NCBI RefSeq assembly: GCF_000619845.1
Contig: NZ_JHUX01000004.1
Span: 385,190-417,189 of the forward strand
Direction of reading: 5' to 3'
Length of the DNA: 32,000 nucleotides
DNA from: Alkanindiges illinoisensis DSM 15370
GTDB lineage: Bacteria > Pseudomonadota > Gammaproteobacteria > Pseudomonadales > Moraxellaceae
The notes under the pieces were generated by a model. The model ran no database searches and was not told where the DNA came from. It saw only the letters and a program-made list of their open reading frames with translations. The position numbers and the translations under genes were made by a program. Positions 1 to 10,443 of the stretch are shown here, one piece after another. The stretch's first letter is position 1; every line of letters begins with the position of its first letter.

Positions 1-130
1 GGAATTCCTGCCGGTACATGAATACCTGTTGCACCACAGCGATGGCACTACCCACAATCAGTAGTACCAGTAATATTGGTAAACACCATGTTTTTAATGA
101 TGGTGAATGCAAGACTGATCGAATACCCAT
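1..130 (-). CDS. ftsL: cell division protein FtsL, N-terminal part (gene continues past the left edge)
   Basis: Edge ORF, absent from the ORF track. The minus-strand ATG at 130-128 overlaps the rsmH stop (TAATG). The translation MGIRSVLHSPSLKTWCLPILLVLLIVGSAIAVVQQVFMYRQEF has the single N-terminal TM helix typical of FtsL. Its position right after rsmH fits the conserved dcw order rsmH-ftsL-ftsI. Confidence 0.6.
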   Translation of the reverse strand, partial: MGIRSVLHSPSLKTWCLPILLVLLIVGSAIAVVQQVFMYRQEF

Positions 131-1041
131 TAGGCATGCTCCAAACGCTCAGCCACACGCAGCCATGCACTGCGGGCACGCGGATTTTCACTTACTTCTG
201 CAGGGCTTGGGGCAATACGGGCAACTTTCTTGATGGTCCGCGGATCCGGCTCTGGCTGCGACAACCAGCCCTGTTCCGGCAACGTAGATTGCTGCTGGAT
301 AAACTGCTTGACCAAGCGGTCTTCCAGTGAATGAAAACTTATCACAGCCAGTCTTCCCTGTGGCTTTAAGGCCTGTACAGCCTGTGGTAAAAAGTTTGTT
401 AAATCATCAAGCTCGTGGTTAATGGCAATCCGGATCGCCTGAAAACTACGCGTGGCCGGATGCTTGTGTTTTTCCCACTTGGGATGCGCTTCCTTGACAA
501 TTTGTGCCAGTTGGCCTGTGGTTTCAATCAGGCCAGCCTGCTTAATGGCTCTGGCAATCCGGCGGCTATAGCGCTCTTCGCCATATTGAAATAATACATT
601 GGCCAGGTCTTCTTCTTCAATATCCTGTAGCCACTGGCTGGCAGTAAGCCCCTTGCTATTGTCCATGCGCATGTCCAGTGGGCCATCCTGCATAAAGCTA
701 AAGCCCCGCCCGGCCTGATCCAGTTGCGGTGAAGACACGCCAAGGTCTGCCATGACCCCATCCACTAGTCCCATTCCTAACTGTGCCAGTTGTTCCGTCA
801 ATTCAGCAAAACTGGCATGCACCATGGTTAACCGCGCATCCTGCTGCATCAGTTCGGCACCCACAGCCTGTGCCTGCGGGTCCTTATCAAATGCAATGAC
901 CCGACTATTGGCACTTAAGCGGTTTAACAAAGCCTGCGTATGACCTCCACGCCCAAACGTGGCATCAATGTAGATTCCTTCTGTGCGTCCAGCCAGTAAC
1001 GCATCAATCGTTTCATGTAATAGCACAGAAATATGGGACAT
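130..1041 (-). CDS. rsmH: 16S rRNA (cytosine1402-N4)-methyltransferase RsmH (MraW)
   Basis: The 303-aa ORF begins MSHISVLLHETIDAL..IDATFGRGGHT (SAM-binding motif) and contains DLGVSSPQLD and ISFHSLEDR, which I recognise as RsmH/MraW signatures. It is followed by ftsL. Confidence 0.93.
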   Translation of the reverse strand: MSHISVLLHETIDALLAGRTEGIYIDATFGRGGHTQALLNRLSANSRVIAFDKDPQAQAVGAELMQQDARLTMVHASFAELTEQLAQLGMGLVDGVMADLGVSSPQLDQAGRGFSFMQDGPLDMRMDNSKGLTASQWLQDIEEEDLANVLFQYGEERYSRRIARAIKQAGLIETTGQLAQIVKEAHPKWEKHKHPATRSFQAIRIAINHELDDLTNFLPQAVQALKPQGRLAVISFHSLEDRLVKQFIQQQSTLPEQGWLSQPEPDPRTIKKVARIAPSPAEVSENPRARSAWLRVAERLEHA

Positions 1042-1207
1042 ACCGCAACACTTTTAAAGAATAAGACCTGCAAGGGGCGACATTATCATGTTGTTGCACG
1101 GCTGCGCAAAGCAACTTTTTGTAGCAGGTCACATTTTTTATAATAACTTCAAGCTGAGTCTGCTTTATTTAAAATTGCTGCATGATAAAGCAACCACTAC
1201 CAATAGA

Positions 1208-1230
1208 AAGAGGAGCACATTGCTCCTCTT
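1208..1230 (-). terminator. hairpin just downstream of the giant adhesin gene, likely an intrinsic terminator
   Basis: AAGAGGAGCA-cat-TGCTCCTCTT forms a perfect 10-bp stem with a 3-nt loop, 17 nt past the adhesin stop at 1247. On the minus strand it is followed by TCTATT, a weak U-tract. The stem itself ends in T/A runs, so it could work in either direction. Confidence 0.55.
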
Positions 1231-1246
1231 TTGGCTTAGGTTAACA

Positions 1247-4200
1247 TTAAAACAGGACTGGCTGGTGGGCAAAAAGCTCATCCGGACGTTCAGGAGTGGT
1301 GAGCGCATGCAGTAAGGAGCCATTACTGCTTAAACGCTGGTCTGGCACAGCACTGTCGCCTAAAGCAGCAAAAATATCCTCAGGAGCAGTATCAACCTGA
1401 CTGGTCAGCAGCTCATCAATATGAATCGCTTGAGGATCAGATTCCGGATTAGATGCGAAGTCAGCTTTTAAGGCTGCTGTGTCACTGGTTTCAGCGCCAA
1501 GTAGCAATGAATAGATCTCACTGGAATACTCGGTAACCTCTATTTCTTTGTTGGTCATATCTGTTAAGGCTGGCACCACAAAGTTACTGCTTTCACTGCT
1601 ATTACCTGCCCGATCAGTTACAGTGATGGTTAATAGTTTGTCTTCAGCATCATCATAGTACGGTAATGCCACCTCAAAATTTCCATCATGGTCTGTATAA
1701 CCATTGCCCACTATATTATTTTCTTCATCAAATACCTGAATAAAGCTATTTGACTCGGCACGGCCCACAAGCACAGAGTAATCCTGAAGTATCAAATCAG
1801 TTGGAGCATTTGGTGCACTGACATCAAATGGCGCAGTAATAGTGGCTGACGAACTGACATGGCCGTCGCTGTCAGTAGCGATAACAGTAAAGACTTCCCC
1901 TTTATAATAGGCGCCGTACAGGTCAACTGTAAAATTACCCTGATCGTCTGCATAGCTACTATATACAGCAGTTCTATCTGGACTGTAGATTTCAATTAGA
2001 TTATAGGGGTCACTTTGACCCGATATTATCTGTAGTGTCAACTCATTTTCCCCGCCATCATTAATCATAAGATTACTTGGCTGAGCAGGTGATATGTAAC
2101 TAAATGGCACTGTAATAGAACTAGAATCGCTCACATTACCTGCCCGGTCAATTGCCTTAACCGTTAAAATATCACCTTCCGTATAAGCATAATTTGGAAT
2201 ATAAATTTCAAAATTACCTTCAGTACCAATATCTGCTGAACCAATTAAATTATTGGCTGAGTTATAGATTTCAATATAACCCGGAGAATCTGTCTGACCT
2301 GTCAACAAGATATCCGACCAACCGTCGTTAATGATAACTAAACTAGAAGGTGCTGCGGGGGCGATATTATCTAACGGTGTGGTAATGGTAGCTGGCAAAC
2401 TACTATTTCCTATATCATTCTTTACAATTACCTGTAGCTCTACACCATTTAGATAATCACTATATAAATAAATGGCAAAACTACCCTGGCTGTCAGTATA
2501 ACCATCTCCCACTAAAATATTATCAGCAGTACGCACTTCTATATTGCTATAGGCCTCTGCATAGCCAGTTATGATTTGCGATATACCATCATCAACAATT
2601 GCTAGTTCAGTGGGTACCAGTACTGGATCAAAAGGCACCAGTATTGAGGTTGATAGACTGCTGTTACCTGCCCGGTCGGTAGCTACGACGGTAATACTCT
2701 GGCCCTTATACCAGTCAGGGGCAAAGTCAATAGAGAATGAACCATCCGCTTTGGTATAATCCATGGTGTTGATTTCAAACCCATTCTCATCAAATAGCTG
2801 AATCTGGCTATACGCTTCGGCATGGCCTGTAAGGATGGTATATTCCGTATTAAAACTTAAGTCTACAGGCACATCTGGCGGCGTAATGTCAGCAACCACT
2901 GTTATCTCAACCGGAGCACTCTGGTTTCCTGCATGGTCTACTGTGATAAGAGTGACCTTACTCTCTGCCTGAAGTGGCTGATAAAAGTAAATTTCGAATT
3001 CACCAGGGCGAACTTCCGAACTTGAATAAAACCATAGCTCATCACCGGAGTCGTCTTTTACAATAATTTGGCTTCCTGACTCTGCATTAACATACAAGTA
3101 GTCTAAATGGCTATTAAAGGATATAGGCTCTGGCGCAGCGGGTGGTGTATTGTCAACTGGAGCCGTAACATTGATTACTGGGCTTTGATTATCTGCATAA
3201 TCCTTAACCACAACTGACAAGATCTGGCCCTTTAAATAGTAGTCGTTCAGATTGACTATAAATTTGCCTGACGCATTACTCATCCCTGTAGCAATTGCAT
3301 AGCCATCACTGTTGAACACCGTAACCAATGCATTGGCTTCTGCATGACCGGTAACAGAAAGACCATCCTGGGTAACCTTGACACCGGTCGCAGCATCCGG
3401 TGGAGTGGTATCTATCGGCGCAATAATGGCTGCTGGTGTGCTGTCATGACCATTTTTCTGCACCACTACCCGTAGTTTTTCACCCTGTACATAATAATTG
3501 TTGAGTTCAATAGTAAAATGCCCTGATGCATCTGTCATGCCCCACCCAACTTCAAAACCTTGTTGGTCATGAATACCGATATAACTGTTGGCAGCGGCAG
3601 TACCACTTAAAACATGACCATCACTGGAAATATCAAGATGCTGTGCTGCAGAAGGCGCTTTTTTATCAGTAGCGACAGTATAAGTAGCTGCCTGGCTCTG
3701 GTTGCCTGCACGATCAGTCGCCGTGATGAAAATCTGTTGCCCTTTTAACAAATAGCCATTGATATAGCCATTAAATTCACCGCTTTGATTCGTTGTTATT
3801 TCACCCAGTGAAAACCCATCACTATCTTTGATGATGATTCTACTGTCAGCTTCTGCTTTGCCTGTCATGTAACTACTGTAACTGTCAACAGTGATACCTT
3901 CAGGGGCAGCTGGCGGAGTAATATCTTTCGGGGCAGTAACCGTTGCCGCATTACTAAAGGTTCCATAAGGCTCTTGAGAAACATAAACCTTAAATGTTTC
4001 ACCCTTGATGTAATAATTATCCAGCTCGACAGAAAAATCACCCGAGGAATCTACCTGGGCGTTATAGACGATATAATTGCCCGCTTCGTCATAGACGTAA
4101 ATATAACTATTTGGCGTTGCATGACCTGTCAGGAGATTACCGGCTTCATTAATGGCAAGGCTGGTGGCGGGTGACACTGTACTTGATGGCACCATAACAT

Positions 4201-7200
4201 TTACTGCCGCACTGGCATTCCCGGCATGGTCAACCACAGTGACAGTTATCGTTTCGCCATGGAAAAGGTTTAAGCCAAAGTCCGCCACAAAATGACCACT
4301 ACTGGATGTTTCAGTGGTATACAGCATGTGACCAGCATTATCTTTGATAACAATAGTGGTATTTTCTTCGGCATAGCCCTGCAAATAATTTTCGCCCATT
4401 AAAACCAGTTTGCTTGCAGCATCTGGTGCCGTGGTGTCTATAGGTGCCTTAATATGAACTGCTTTGCTCTGATTACCGGCTGCATCTGTTACAACAACCT
4501 TAAACTGCTGGCCATTTAAATAGTAATCACTAAAGATTAAGGTAAAACTGCCATCAGCATTCACCTGTTCAGGATAGCTATAAACTGGCTCACCCTCAGC
4601 ATCCAATACTTGGATTTTGCTGCCGGGTTCGGCTATTCCCGTTAGTTTGTGGCCATTCTGGCTGAATTTTAAGCTGGTAGCAGATTTAGGGGCAGTGCTA
4701 TCTAGTGGGGCAGTCAGGCTAATGCTGTCGCCCTGATTGCCAACACGATCTATAGCTTTAACTGTTAACTGCTGACCCTTCAGATAAACATCATTGTATA
4801 AATAAGTAGAGAAGTTACCGCTGCTATCTACTACCGCCTCACCAATCTGATCACCCGCCTTGGTATAGACATGAATAATACTTCCTGCTTCTCCATGCCC
4901 TGTCAGTTGCCTTCCATCATTGCTAATCAGCAACTCGGTAGGACTGGCAGGAGCAATACTATCCACGGGAGCGCTAAACTTGACTGCCTCGCTTTGATTA
5001 CCTGCTGCATCATTGGCAATGACGGTTAATTTTTGTCCTTTTAGATAAATATCATCATATAAATATACGACAAAGTTTCCACTACTGTCTGCCTCACTGC
5101 TATTAATTAGTTGACCCTGTTGATCATAAACGGATATCCGGCTATTGGCTTCAGCATGACCACTCATCTGCTGACCATCTTCTGCAATCACCAGATCCAT
5201 AGGAGCTGAGGGTGCGATATTATCCAGTGGTGCGGTTACTTTTTTGCCTTTACTTTGATTGCCAGCATAATCAGCGACTTTTACAGTCAGTACCTCACCT
5301 TTTAAATAAGTGTCATACAGATAGGCTGAAAAATGACCATTGGCATCTACAGATGTCTCAGCAATATAGTGGCCTTTACTGTCATAGACCTGAATATGCA
5401 TGTTGGCTTCGGCATTTCCGGTTAGATACTGGCCATCTTCTGTAATTTTAAGCTGGCTTGCAGCGGCTGGCTCGGTTGTATCCAGCGGTGCAGTGAACGT
5501 CGCTGTCTTACTCTTGTTGCCTGCCACATCAGTCACAATGACGCTCAGGCTCTGGCCTTTCAAATAAACATCATTATATAAATAGATCGAAAACTTGCCG
5601 TTTTCCTGCGTATAACTACCCCCAACCTGATGACCCTGGCTGTCATAAACGCTAATTGTGGAAAATGCCTCGCTGTTACCTTCAAGGTAGCGTCCATCTG
5701 CACTGATTACCAGATTTTTTGCCACTTCTGGTGCGATGTTATCCAGTGGCGCTTTAATATGAGCAGCCACACTCTGATTTCCGGCACCGTCTATCACCAC
5801 TACTGTAAGCTGCTGGCCCTTGAGATGTGTCTGCTGAAACATAAAGTTAAACGTACCATCAGGGTTTACTTCAACTTTATCGAAATAACTAGGAACTTCT
5901 TCTCCATTCTCATCAAATACTTTAATACTACTATTGGCCTCTGCCTGTCCGGTTAATACCAAACCGTTGGCCTGGATTTTGAGGTGTGTTGCTGCATCCG
6001 GGGCAATGTTATCCAGTGGAGCAGTAATGGCGGTGCTGGCGCTGATATTACCCGCTGGATCAATAACAGTAACAGTGAGAGTTTCACCGTTTAAATAAGG
6101 TTTCGACAGCCACGCACTAAAGTGTCCGTCACTATCAACATAGCTGCTTCCCACCGGATTATGGTTTGCATCATATAACTGAATCCGCGAACCGCTCTCA
6201 GCCTGTCCGGTCAGATAGTGCCCATCCTCACTGATGCTCAGACCAGTGGCTGCTTCAGGTGCAGTATTATCTAGCGGTGCAGTGAAGCTGGCTGGTTTTG
6301 AACGGTTGCCAGCCTGGTCAGTGACAGTAATGGTGAGCTGCTGGCCATTGAGATAAATATCATATAACCCTGCTGAAAACTCACCCTTACTGTTGCTATA
6401 ACCGGAGCCAATCTGCTCACCGTTAATATTAAAAACAAGAATGTAGCTATTGGCCTCGGCATGGCCAGTAAGATACTGCCCACTCTCACTCATCACCAGT
6501 CCGGTGGGTGCAGTAGGGGCCGTTTTATCTACTGGCGCCACCAGTGGCTCTGATTTGCTCTGATTACCGGCATTATCACTGACCGTTACTGCAAGTTGCT
6601 CGCCCCGGACAAAAAAATCATTTAGTTCGACAACAAAATGACCAGTATCATCACTATGGCCTATACCCACTATCTGGTTGTTGACATCAGTGATACTGAC
6701 GGTGCTGTTGGCTTCTGCGATTCCGCTAACGCTATGGCCCTGGGCATCAATACTGATCTGCTGTGCAGTCTCTGGAGCAATATGATCAACCATGACGGAT
6801 GTAGGCTTGCTTTCATGACCATGGGGATTAATGGCAGTAATATAAAGTTGCTGACCGTCTTTTAGGTCGGCATCAACATGAATTGAACTATAGGGATACG
6901 ATACGCTATCAATCAGATGATATGGCAGAATAGTCCCCTTTTCATCCCTGACGACGATAGTATTATTGCTGTCCACCAAAAGGTTAATAACATTATCCAG
7001 GCCCACCTTGGCATTAATCTGAGGCGGCAAGGCATAATCCGGCGCAGTTACTTTAACGGGTGCACTGCTATTCTGATTGGAGTCGGTAATAATCAATTCA
7101 ACAGTTTCACCGTTATGCAACTGATTATAAAGATTGATTTTAAAGCTGCCATCTATGGAAACCAGCGCGTTGATTCTATAGCCTTCTGGTAATATGACAC

Positions 7201-9988
7201 TGGCATAACTGCCCGGCTCGGCCTTGCCTGTAATAGCTAAGCCACTTTCATCAAAAGTAAGCTCAGTAGCAGGTGCAGGCGCTGTATAGTCAACGCTGAT
7301 ATGCCCCTGCTCACTGGTTTGTCCCTTGCTGTTTACTGCTGAAACCTGTATTTCCTGGTTATTTTTTAAGGTCTGGCTGGATTGAATGAAAAAATAACCC
7401 TCAGAATCCGTTGTTCCCGTGGCAATCACGTTCCCTTTGGCATCTGTAATGGTAACTATGCTGTCAGGTTCTGCCATGCCGGAAATTAGGCCATCCTTGG
7501 TAATACGATAGATACTAGGGATTGGTGCATAATCGGGTGCGCTGATGAATGCTTCCCCACTTTTATTCTGGTTCTTGTCATACACAATCACCTGAACTTT
7601 TTCACCATCATGTAGTGGTTGTGTCAAGCTGATACTAAACTTGCCATTAGCGTCAACCTGTGCGCTACCAAGAAATGTTGATTGTTCATCGTCTGTGCCA
7701 ATAATGCTTAGCTGTATGTAACTACCTGCCTCAGCTATTCCAGTTAAAGTGGTGCCATACTGGTCAAATAACAATTCACTGGCGGGTTCAGGCGCAGTGT
7801 AGTCAGCAGTTATTGGATAAGGGCGGCTTTCAATACCATCCTTAATGGCAATAACGGTGACTGGCGTACCTTCTGGCAGCGGCTGATCCAGACTAAACCT
7901 AAAGAGGTGAAAATCAAATGAGCCTGAGGAAAGCGCTCCATCGAAATTATCAGGGGCCTTATATTCGGCAATTACCTGACCTTGTGCATCCAGTACCTTA
8001 ATCAAACTACCCGACGTTGTGAAACCCTCAATCAAGCCAGTTTCGCTAATGTGCATTACCTGTAAAAAAGGCACTTCACTCACAATAACTGGATTCGATA
8101 AATTACTCTCATGGCCATTCACGGTAGCGGTGACGCTAATACTGTTACCAGCCTGTAGCAACCCTGGCTCTCCGTTTACCGTAAACTGGCCATTATCATC
8201 CGTAGTTCCACTGGCAATGATGTTACCTTGTGAGTCCTTGATGGTAATAGTACTGCCTTTAAATGCTGTACCTGTAATAATCAGGCTACCAACGCCACTA
8301 ACTGTTGCCAGAATTTCTGTAGGCGCTTCAGGAACTGGATTTGTGCTGTAAGCTTTATCGACGTCCACCTGAGCCACATTACCTGCTGTATCTTTGAGTG
8401 ACAGGTGTGCAGATATCTGATCGGCACTAAACAGCACATTCCCTGCTACTTCGACTGACCACTGACCTGTAGCCGGATCAATGCTTGCCTCATAGCTTTT
8501 GCCACCCACTTCCACCATCAGGTTATATTGAGTGATATCAGACGCAAGGCCGCTCACTGAGCCACTAATAATCTGGGTATTCTCTGCTTCCAGTAAATCA
8601 ATGCTGTTGTCTGCTGTAATAGCATTAATGCTGATAACGGTTTTTGTAATATCAATCTGCTTGTCAATAGTGACGGCCTGCACGGCACTTATGCTGCTGT
8701 TGCCGGCACTGTCAGTAATCACTGCACGGAACTGATAACTGCCCTCGGCCAGATTACTTTGCGCTGCAGTGGTGGCTGTCCATGTTTTGCCGCCATCAGT
8801 AGATATTTCATAGCCAATGCTGCTGCCCGCTTCTGGATTGCCCAGCGTCAAATTAAAACTGTCATCCTGCGTAATATGATCAGTTGTAGAAGAACCGGAA
8901 TCAGCCAAACCAGTAATACTCAGATTGCCTGCAACAGGCGCAATCGTATCTACCGTCACAGCCTGTACTTCACTAAAACTGCTGTTACCAGCTGTGTCGG
9001 TTACCTTGGCCCGGAACTGGTAACTGCCATCTGTCAGGTTAGACTGGGTGGCTGTTGTGGCTGTCCAGCTTTTGCCACCATCAGTAGAAACCTGATACTC
9101 AATCTGGCTGCCTGTTTCAGCACCTTTAAGTGTCAAATCAAAGCTTTTATCATTACCAATATGGTCAGTTACAACACTACCGCTATCCTGATAGCTGCTA
9201 AGGGTTAACTGTCCAACAGCAGGTGAGGTGGTATCTACCGTCAGCGCTGTGGTTTCACTAAAACTGCTGTTACCTGCTGTATCAGTAACTTTAACCCGGA
9301 ACTGATAATTGCCATCTGCCAGATTACTTTGTTGTGCTGTGGTGACTGTCCAGGTTTTGCCGCCATCAATGGACATCTGGTATTCAACACTGCTACCGGT
9401 TTCCTGCCCTGTCAGTTGCAAGTTAAAACTGCGGTCGCTGGTAATACGGTCTGAATTGGATGCACCCGTATCCTGTAATTTTACAAAGGATAGATTGCCT
9501 GCGTCAGGCGCAGTCGTATCTTGTGGTGCCTGGCTACCACCGCTACCACCACCTCCCTGACTGGCTGCAGCAACAATGCCACCGAATGCAACAGCACCAA
9601 TAGCATATAAGCCTAGATTTCCTGTTTCACTGGCCAACGGCATGACTGTGGTATCAATGGGCAAATAATCAACAGTGATTTGTCCTGTAGCAGATGGTGT
9701 CATATTGACTTGCCAGCTGCCCGTCGCATCTTCCAGCACAATCTGGCTACCGGTCAGGGTAAAGTAATTTTCAAGGGTAACCACTTCACCATTTTCAAGG
9801 GTAATGACAGCGTTATTTCCTATTCGCTCAATTTTTGCAATCTGGTCTGGCTTAATGCCTAGTTGTATTTTTGCAGATTGATCCAGACTGACAATAGTTT
9901 TTTGATCATTAACAGACTTAACAACTGATTTTTTCTCTATTAATCCACCCAAGCTATTTGTTTGATTTAAAACATTAATTGTTACCAT
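1247..9988 (-). CDS. giant Bap/BLP-like surface adhesin: BapA-prefix-like N-terminus plus many Ig-like repeats (probable type I secretion substrate)
   Basis: A single uninterrupted 2,913-aa ORF. The N-terminus (VTINV...IVSLDQSAKIQLGIKPDQIAKIERIGNNAVITLENGEVVTLENYF) matches my memory of the BapA prefix-like domain. A hydrophobic stretch (LGLYAIGAVAFGGIVAAAS) and GGGGSGGS follow. Next come three ~96-aa repeats (..GNYQFRVKVTDTAGNSS..) and roughly 25 modules of ~100 aa with the pattern TAPxxA..L.I..DG..LTG.AEA.S.I.V.D..G..IG....D..G.F......YL.GQ.L.V.V.D.AGN.S. The C-terminus is acidic. Confidence 0.9.
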   Translation of the reverse strand: MVTINVLNQTNSLGGLIEKKSVVKSVNDQKTIVSLDQSAKIQLGIKPDQIAKIERIGNNAVITLENGEVVTLENYFTLTGSQIVLEDATGSWQVNMTPSATGQITVDYLPIDTTVMPLASETGNLGLYAIGAVAFGGIVAAASQGGGGSGGSQAPQDTTAPDAGNLSFVKLQDTGASNSDRITSDRSFNLQLTGQETGSSVEYQMSIDGGKTWTVTTAQQSNLADGNYQFRVKVTDTAGNSSFSETTALTVDTTSPAVGQLTLSSYQDSGSVVTDHIGNDKSFDLTLKGAETGSQIEYQVSTDGGKSWTATTATQSNLTDGSYQFRAKVTDTAGNSSFSEVQAVTVDTIAPVAGNLSITGLADSGSSTTDHITQDDSFNLTLGNPEAGSSIGYEISTDGGKTWTATTAAQSNLAEGSYQFRAVITDSAGNSSISAVQAVTIDKQIDITKTVISINAITADNSIDLLEAENTQIISGSVSGLASDITQYNLMVEVGGKSYEASIDPATGQWSVEVAGNVLFSADQISAHLSLKDTAGNVAQVDVDKAYSTNPVPEAPTEILATVSGVGSLIITGTAFKGSTITIKDSQGNIIASGTTDDNGQFTVNGEPGLLQAGNSISVTATVNGHESNLSNPVIVSEVPFLQVMHISETGLIEGFTTSGSLIKVLDAQGQVIAEYKAPDNFDGALSSGSFDFHLFRFSLDQPLPEGTPVTVIAIKDGIESRPYPITADYTAPEPASELLFDQYGTTLTGIAEAGSYIQLSIIGTDDEQSTFLGSAQVDANGKFSISLTQPLHDGEKVQVIVYDKNQNKSGEAFISAPDYAPIPSIYRITKDGLISGMAEPDSIVTITDAKGNVIATGTTDSEGYFFIQSSQTLKNNQEIQVSAVNSKGQTSEQGHISVDYTAPAPATELTFDESGLAITGKAEPGSYASVILPEGYRINALVSIDGSFKINLYNQLHNGETVELIITDSNQNSSAPVKVTAPDYALPPQINAKVGLDNVINLLVDSNNTIVVRDEKGTILPYHLIDSVSYPYSSIHVDADLKDGQQLYITAINPHGHESKPTSVMVDHIAPETAQQISIDAQGHSVSGIAEANSTVSITDVNNQIVGIGHSDDTGHFVVELNDFFVRGEQLAVTVSDNAGNQSKSEPLVAPVDKTAPTAPTGLVMSESGQYLTGHAEANSYILVFNINGEQIGSGYSNSKGEFSAGLYDIYLNGQQLTITVTDQAGNRSKPASFTAPLDNTAPEAATGLSISEDGHYLTGQAESGSRIQLYDANHNPVGSSYVDSDGHFSAWLSKPYLNGETLTVTVIDPAGNISASTAITAPLDNIAPDAATHLKIQANGLVLTGQAEANSSIKVFDENGEEVPSYFDKVEVNPDGTFNFMFQQTHLKGQQLTVVVIDGAGNQSVAAHIKAPLDNIAPEVAKNLVISADGRYLEGNSEAFSTISVYDSQGHQVGGSYTQENGKFSIYLYNDVYLKGQSLSVIVTDVAGNKSKTATFTAPLDTTEPAAASQLKITEDGQYLTGNAEANMHIQVYDSKGHYIAETSVDANGHFSAYLYDTYLKGEVLTVKVADYAGNQSKGKKVTAPLDNIAPSAPMDLVIAEDGQQMSGHAEANSRISVYDQQGQLINSSEADSSGNFVVYLYDDIYLKGQKLTVIANDAAGNQSEAVKFSAPVDSIAPASPTELLISNDGRQLTGHGEAGSIIHVYTKAGDQIGEAVVDSSGNFSTYLYNDVYLKGQQLTVKAIDRVGNQGDSISLTAPLDSTAPKSATSLKFSQNGHKLTGIAEPGSKIQVLDAEGEPVYSYPEQVNADGSFTLIFSDYYLNGQQFKVVVTDAAGNQSKAVHIKAPIDTTAPDAASKLVLMGENYLQGYAEENTTIVIKDNAGHMLYTTETSSSGHFVADFGLNLFHGETITVTVVDHAGNASAAVNVMVPSSTVSPATSLAINEAGNLLTGHATPNSYIYVYDEAGNYIVYNAQVDSSGDFSVELDNYYIKGETFKVYVSQEPYGTFSNAATVTAPKDITPPAAPEGITVDSYSSYMTGKAEADSRIIIKDSDGFSLGEITTNQSGEFNGYINGYLLKGQQIFITATDRAGNQSQAATYTVATDKKAPSAAQHLDISSDGHVLSGTAAANSYIGIHDQQGFEVGWGMTDASGHFTIELNNYYVQGEKLRVVVQKNGHDSTPAAIIAPIDTTPPDAATGVKVTQDGLSVTGHAEANALVTVFNSDGYAIATGMSNASGKFIVNLNDYYLKGQILSVVVKDYADNQSPVINVTAPVDNTPPAAPEPISFNSHLDYLYVNAESGSQIIVKDDSGDELWFYSSSEVRPGEFEIYFYQPLQAESKVTLITVDHAGNQSAPVEITVVADITPPDVPVDLSFNTEYTILTGHAEAYSQIQLFDENGFEINTMDYTKADGSFSIDFAPDWYKGQSITVVATDRAGNSSLSTSILVPFDPVLVPTELAIVDDGISQIITGYAEAYSNIEVRTADNILVGDGYTDSQGSFAIYLYSDYLNGVELQVIVKNDIGNSSLPATITTPLDNIAPAAPSSLVIINDGWSDILLTGQTDSPGYIEIYNSANNLIGSADIGTEGNFEIYIPNYAYTEGDILTVKAIDRAGNVSDSSSITVPFSYISPAQPSNLMINDGGENELTLQIISGQSDPYNLIEIYSPDRTAVYSSYADDQGNFTVDLYGAYYKGEVFTVIATDSDGHVSSSATITAPFDVSAPNAPTDLILQDYSVLVGRAESNSFIQVFDEENNIVGNGYTDHDGNFEVALPYYDDAEDKLLTITVTDRAGNSSESSNFVVPALTDMTNKEIEVTEYSSEIYSLLLGAETSDTAALKADFASNPESDPQAIHIDELLTSQVDTAPEDIFAALGDSAVPDQRLSSNGSLLHALTTPERPDELFAHQPVLF
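1618..8311 (-). repeat. array of ~300-bp coding repeats (Ig-like modules, type 2, about 25 units by eye) inside the adhesin gene
   Basis: The recurrent motif D.AGN(Q/S)S...TAP(L/V)D(N/T)(I/T)AP has ~100-aa periodicity from about residue 560 to 2790. Boundaries and unit count are approximate and were counted by eye. Confidence 0.7.
8645..9517 (-). repeat. three tandem ~290-bp coding repeats (Ig-like modules, type 1) inside the adhesin gene
   Basis: Protein residues ~158-448 form three consecutive units ending ..YQFR(V/A)K(V)TD(T/S)AGNSS(F/I)S.. The DNA units are clearly related but diverged. Boundaries are approximate. Confidence 0.75.
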
Positions 9989-10443
9989 GTTGTACTAACC
10001 TGTATACTTTTGTAAATTTTCCCTCGTATATAGCTGTTATTTTAGAAAAAAGCCATGGTTAAACTTAAAAAACAGAACTATTTTTTATAAATTTTCAAGT
10101 TTATGAAATAACAGACTGGCCTCACCACACTGCCGGCTTATTCAACGCAAAATACATGCAACAAACCGGCAGCATAGGAGCTTTTGAAACAATACTAGGC
10201 AAAGACTTCATAAAGTCACTCTTAAGCATTGTTTTTATCTGGTGGTAGCACGGTCAGGTAAGCCAATACCACTATGTCGGAACCCATCATGTCTACTCGA
10301 GCTTATGAGACATATATGGCTCAAGGTCTTACAGCGCGGTAAAGCATGAGCAGTACTACTGCACAAGAACTTATCGCGCTAAAAAATCATTCTTGCGAAA
10401 CAGTGTTTCTCATTTCTTGCGACACGGTCGAGCGGTGCTCGAC

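Noticed and set aside
1792-9862. Numerous 60-150-aa ORFs in the track lying inside or antisense to the giant adhesin gene (for example 8019-8351+, 8759-9208+, 5630-5956+, 1792-1995-).
   Set aside because: All are fully contained in a single uninterrupted 8.7-kb ORF with an obvious repeat-domain protein. Their translations are low-complexity mirror images of the repeats, with no motifs or SD sites.
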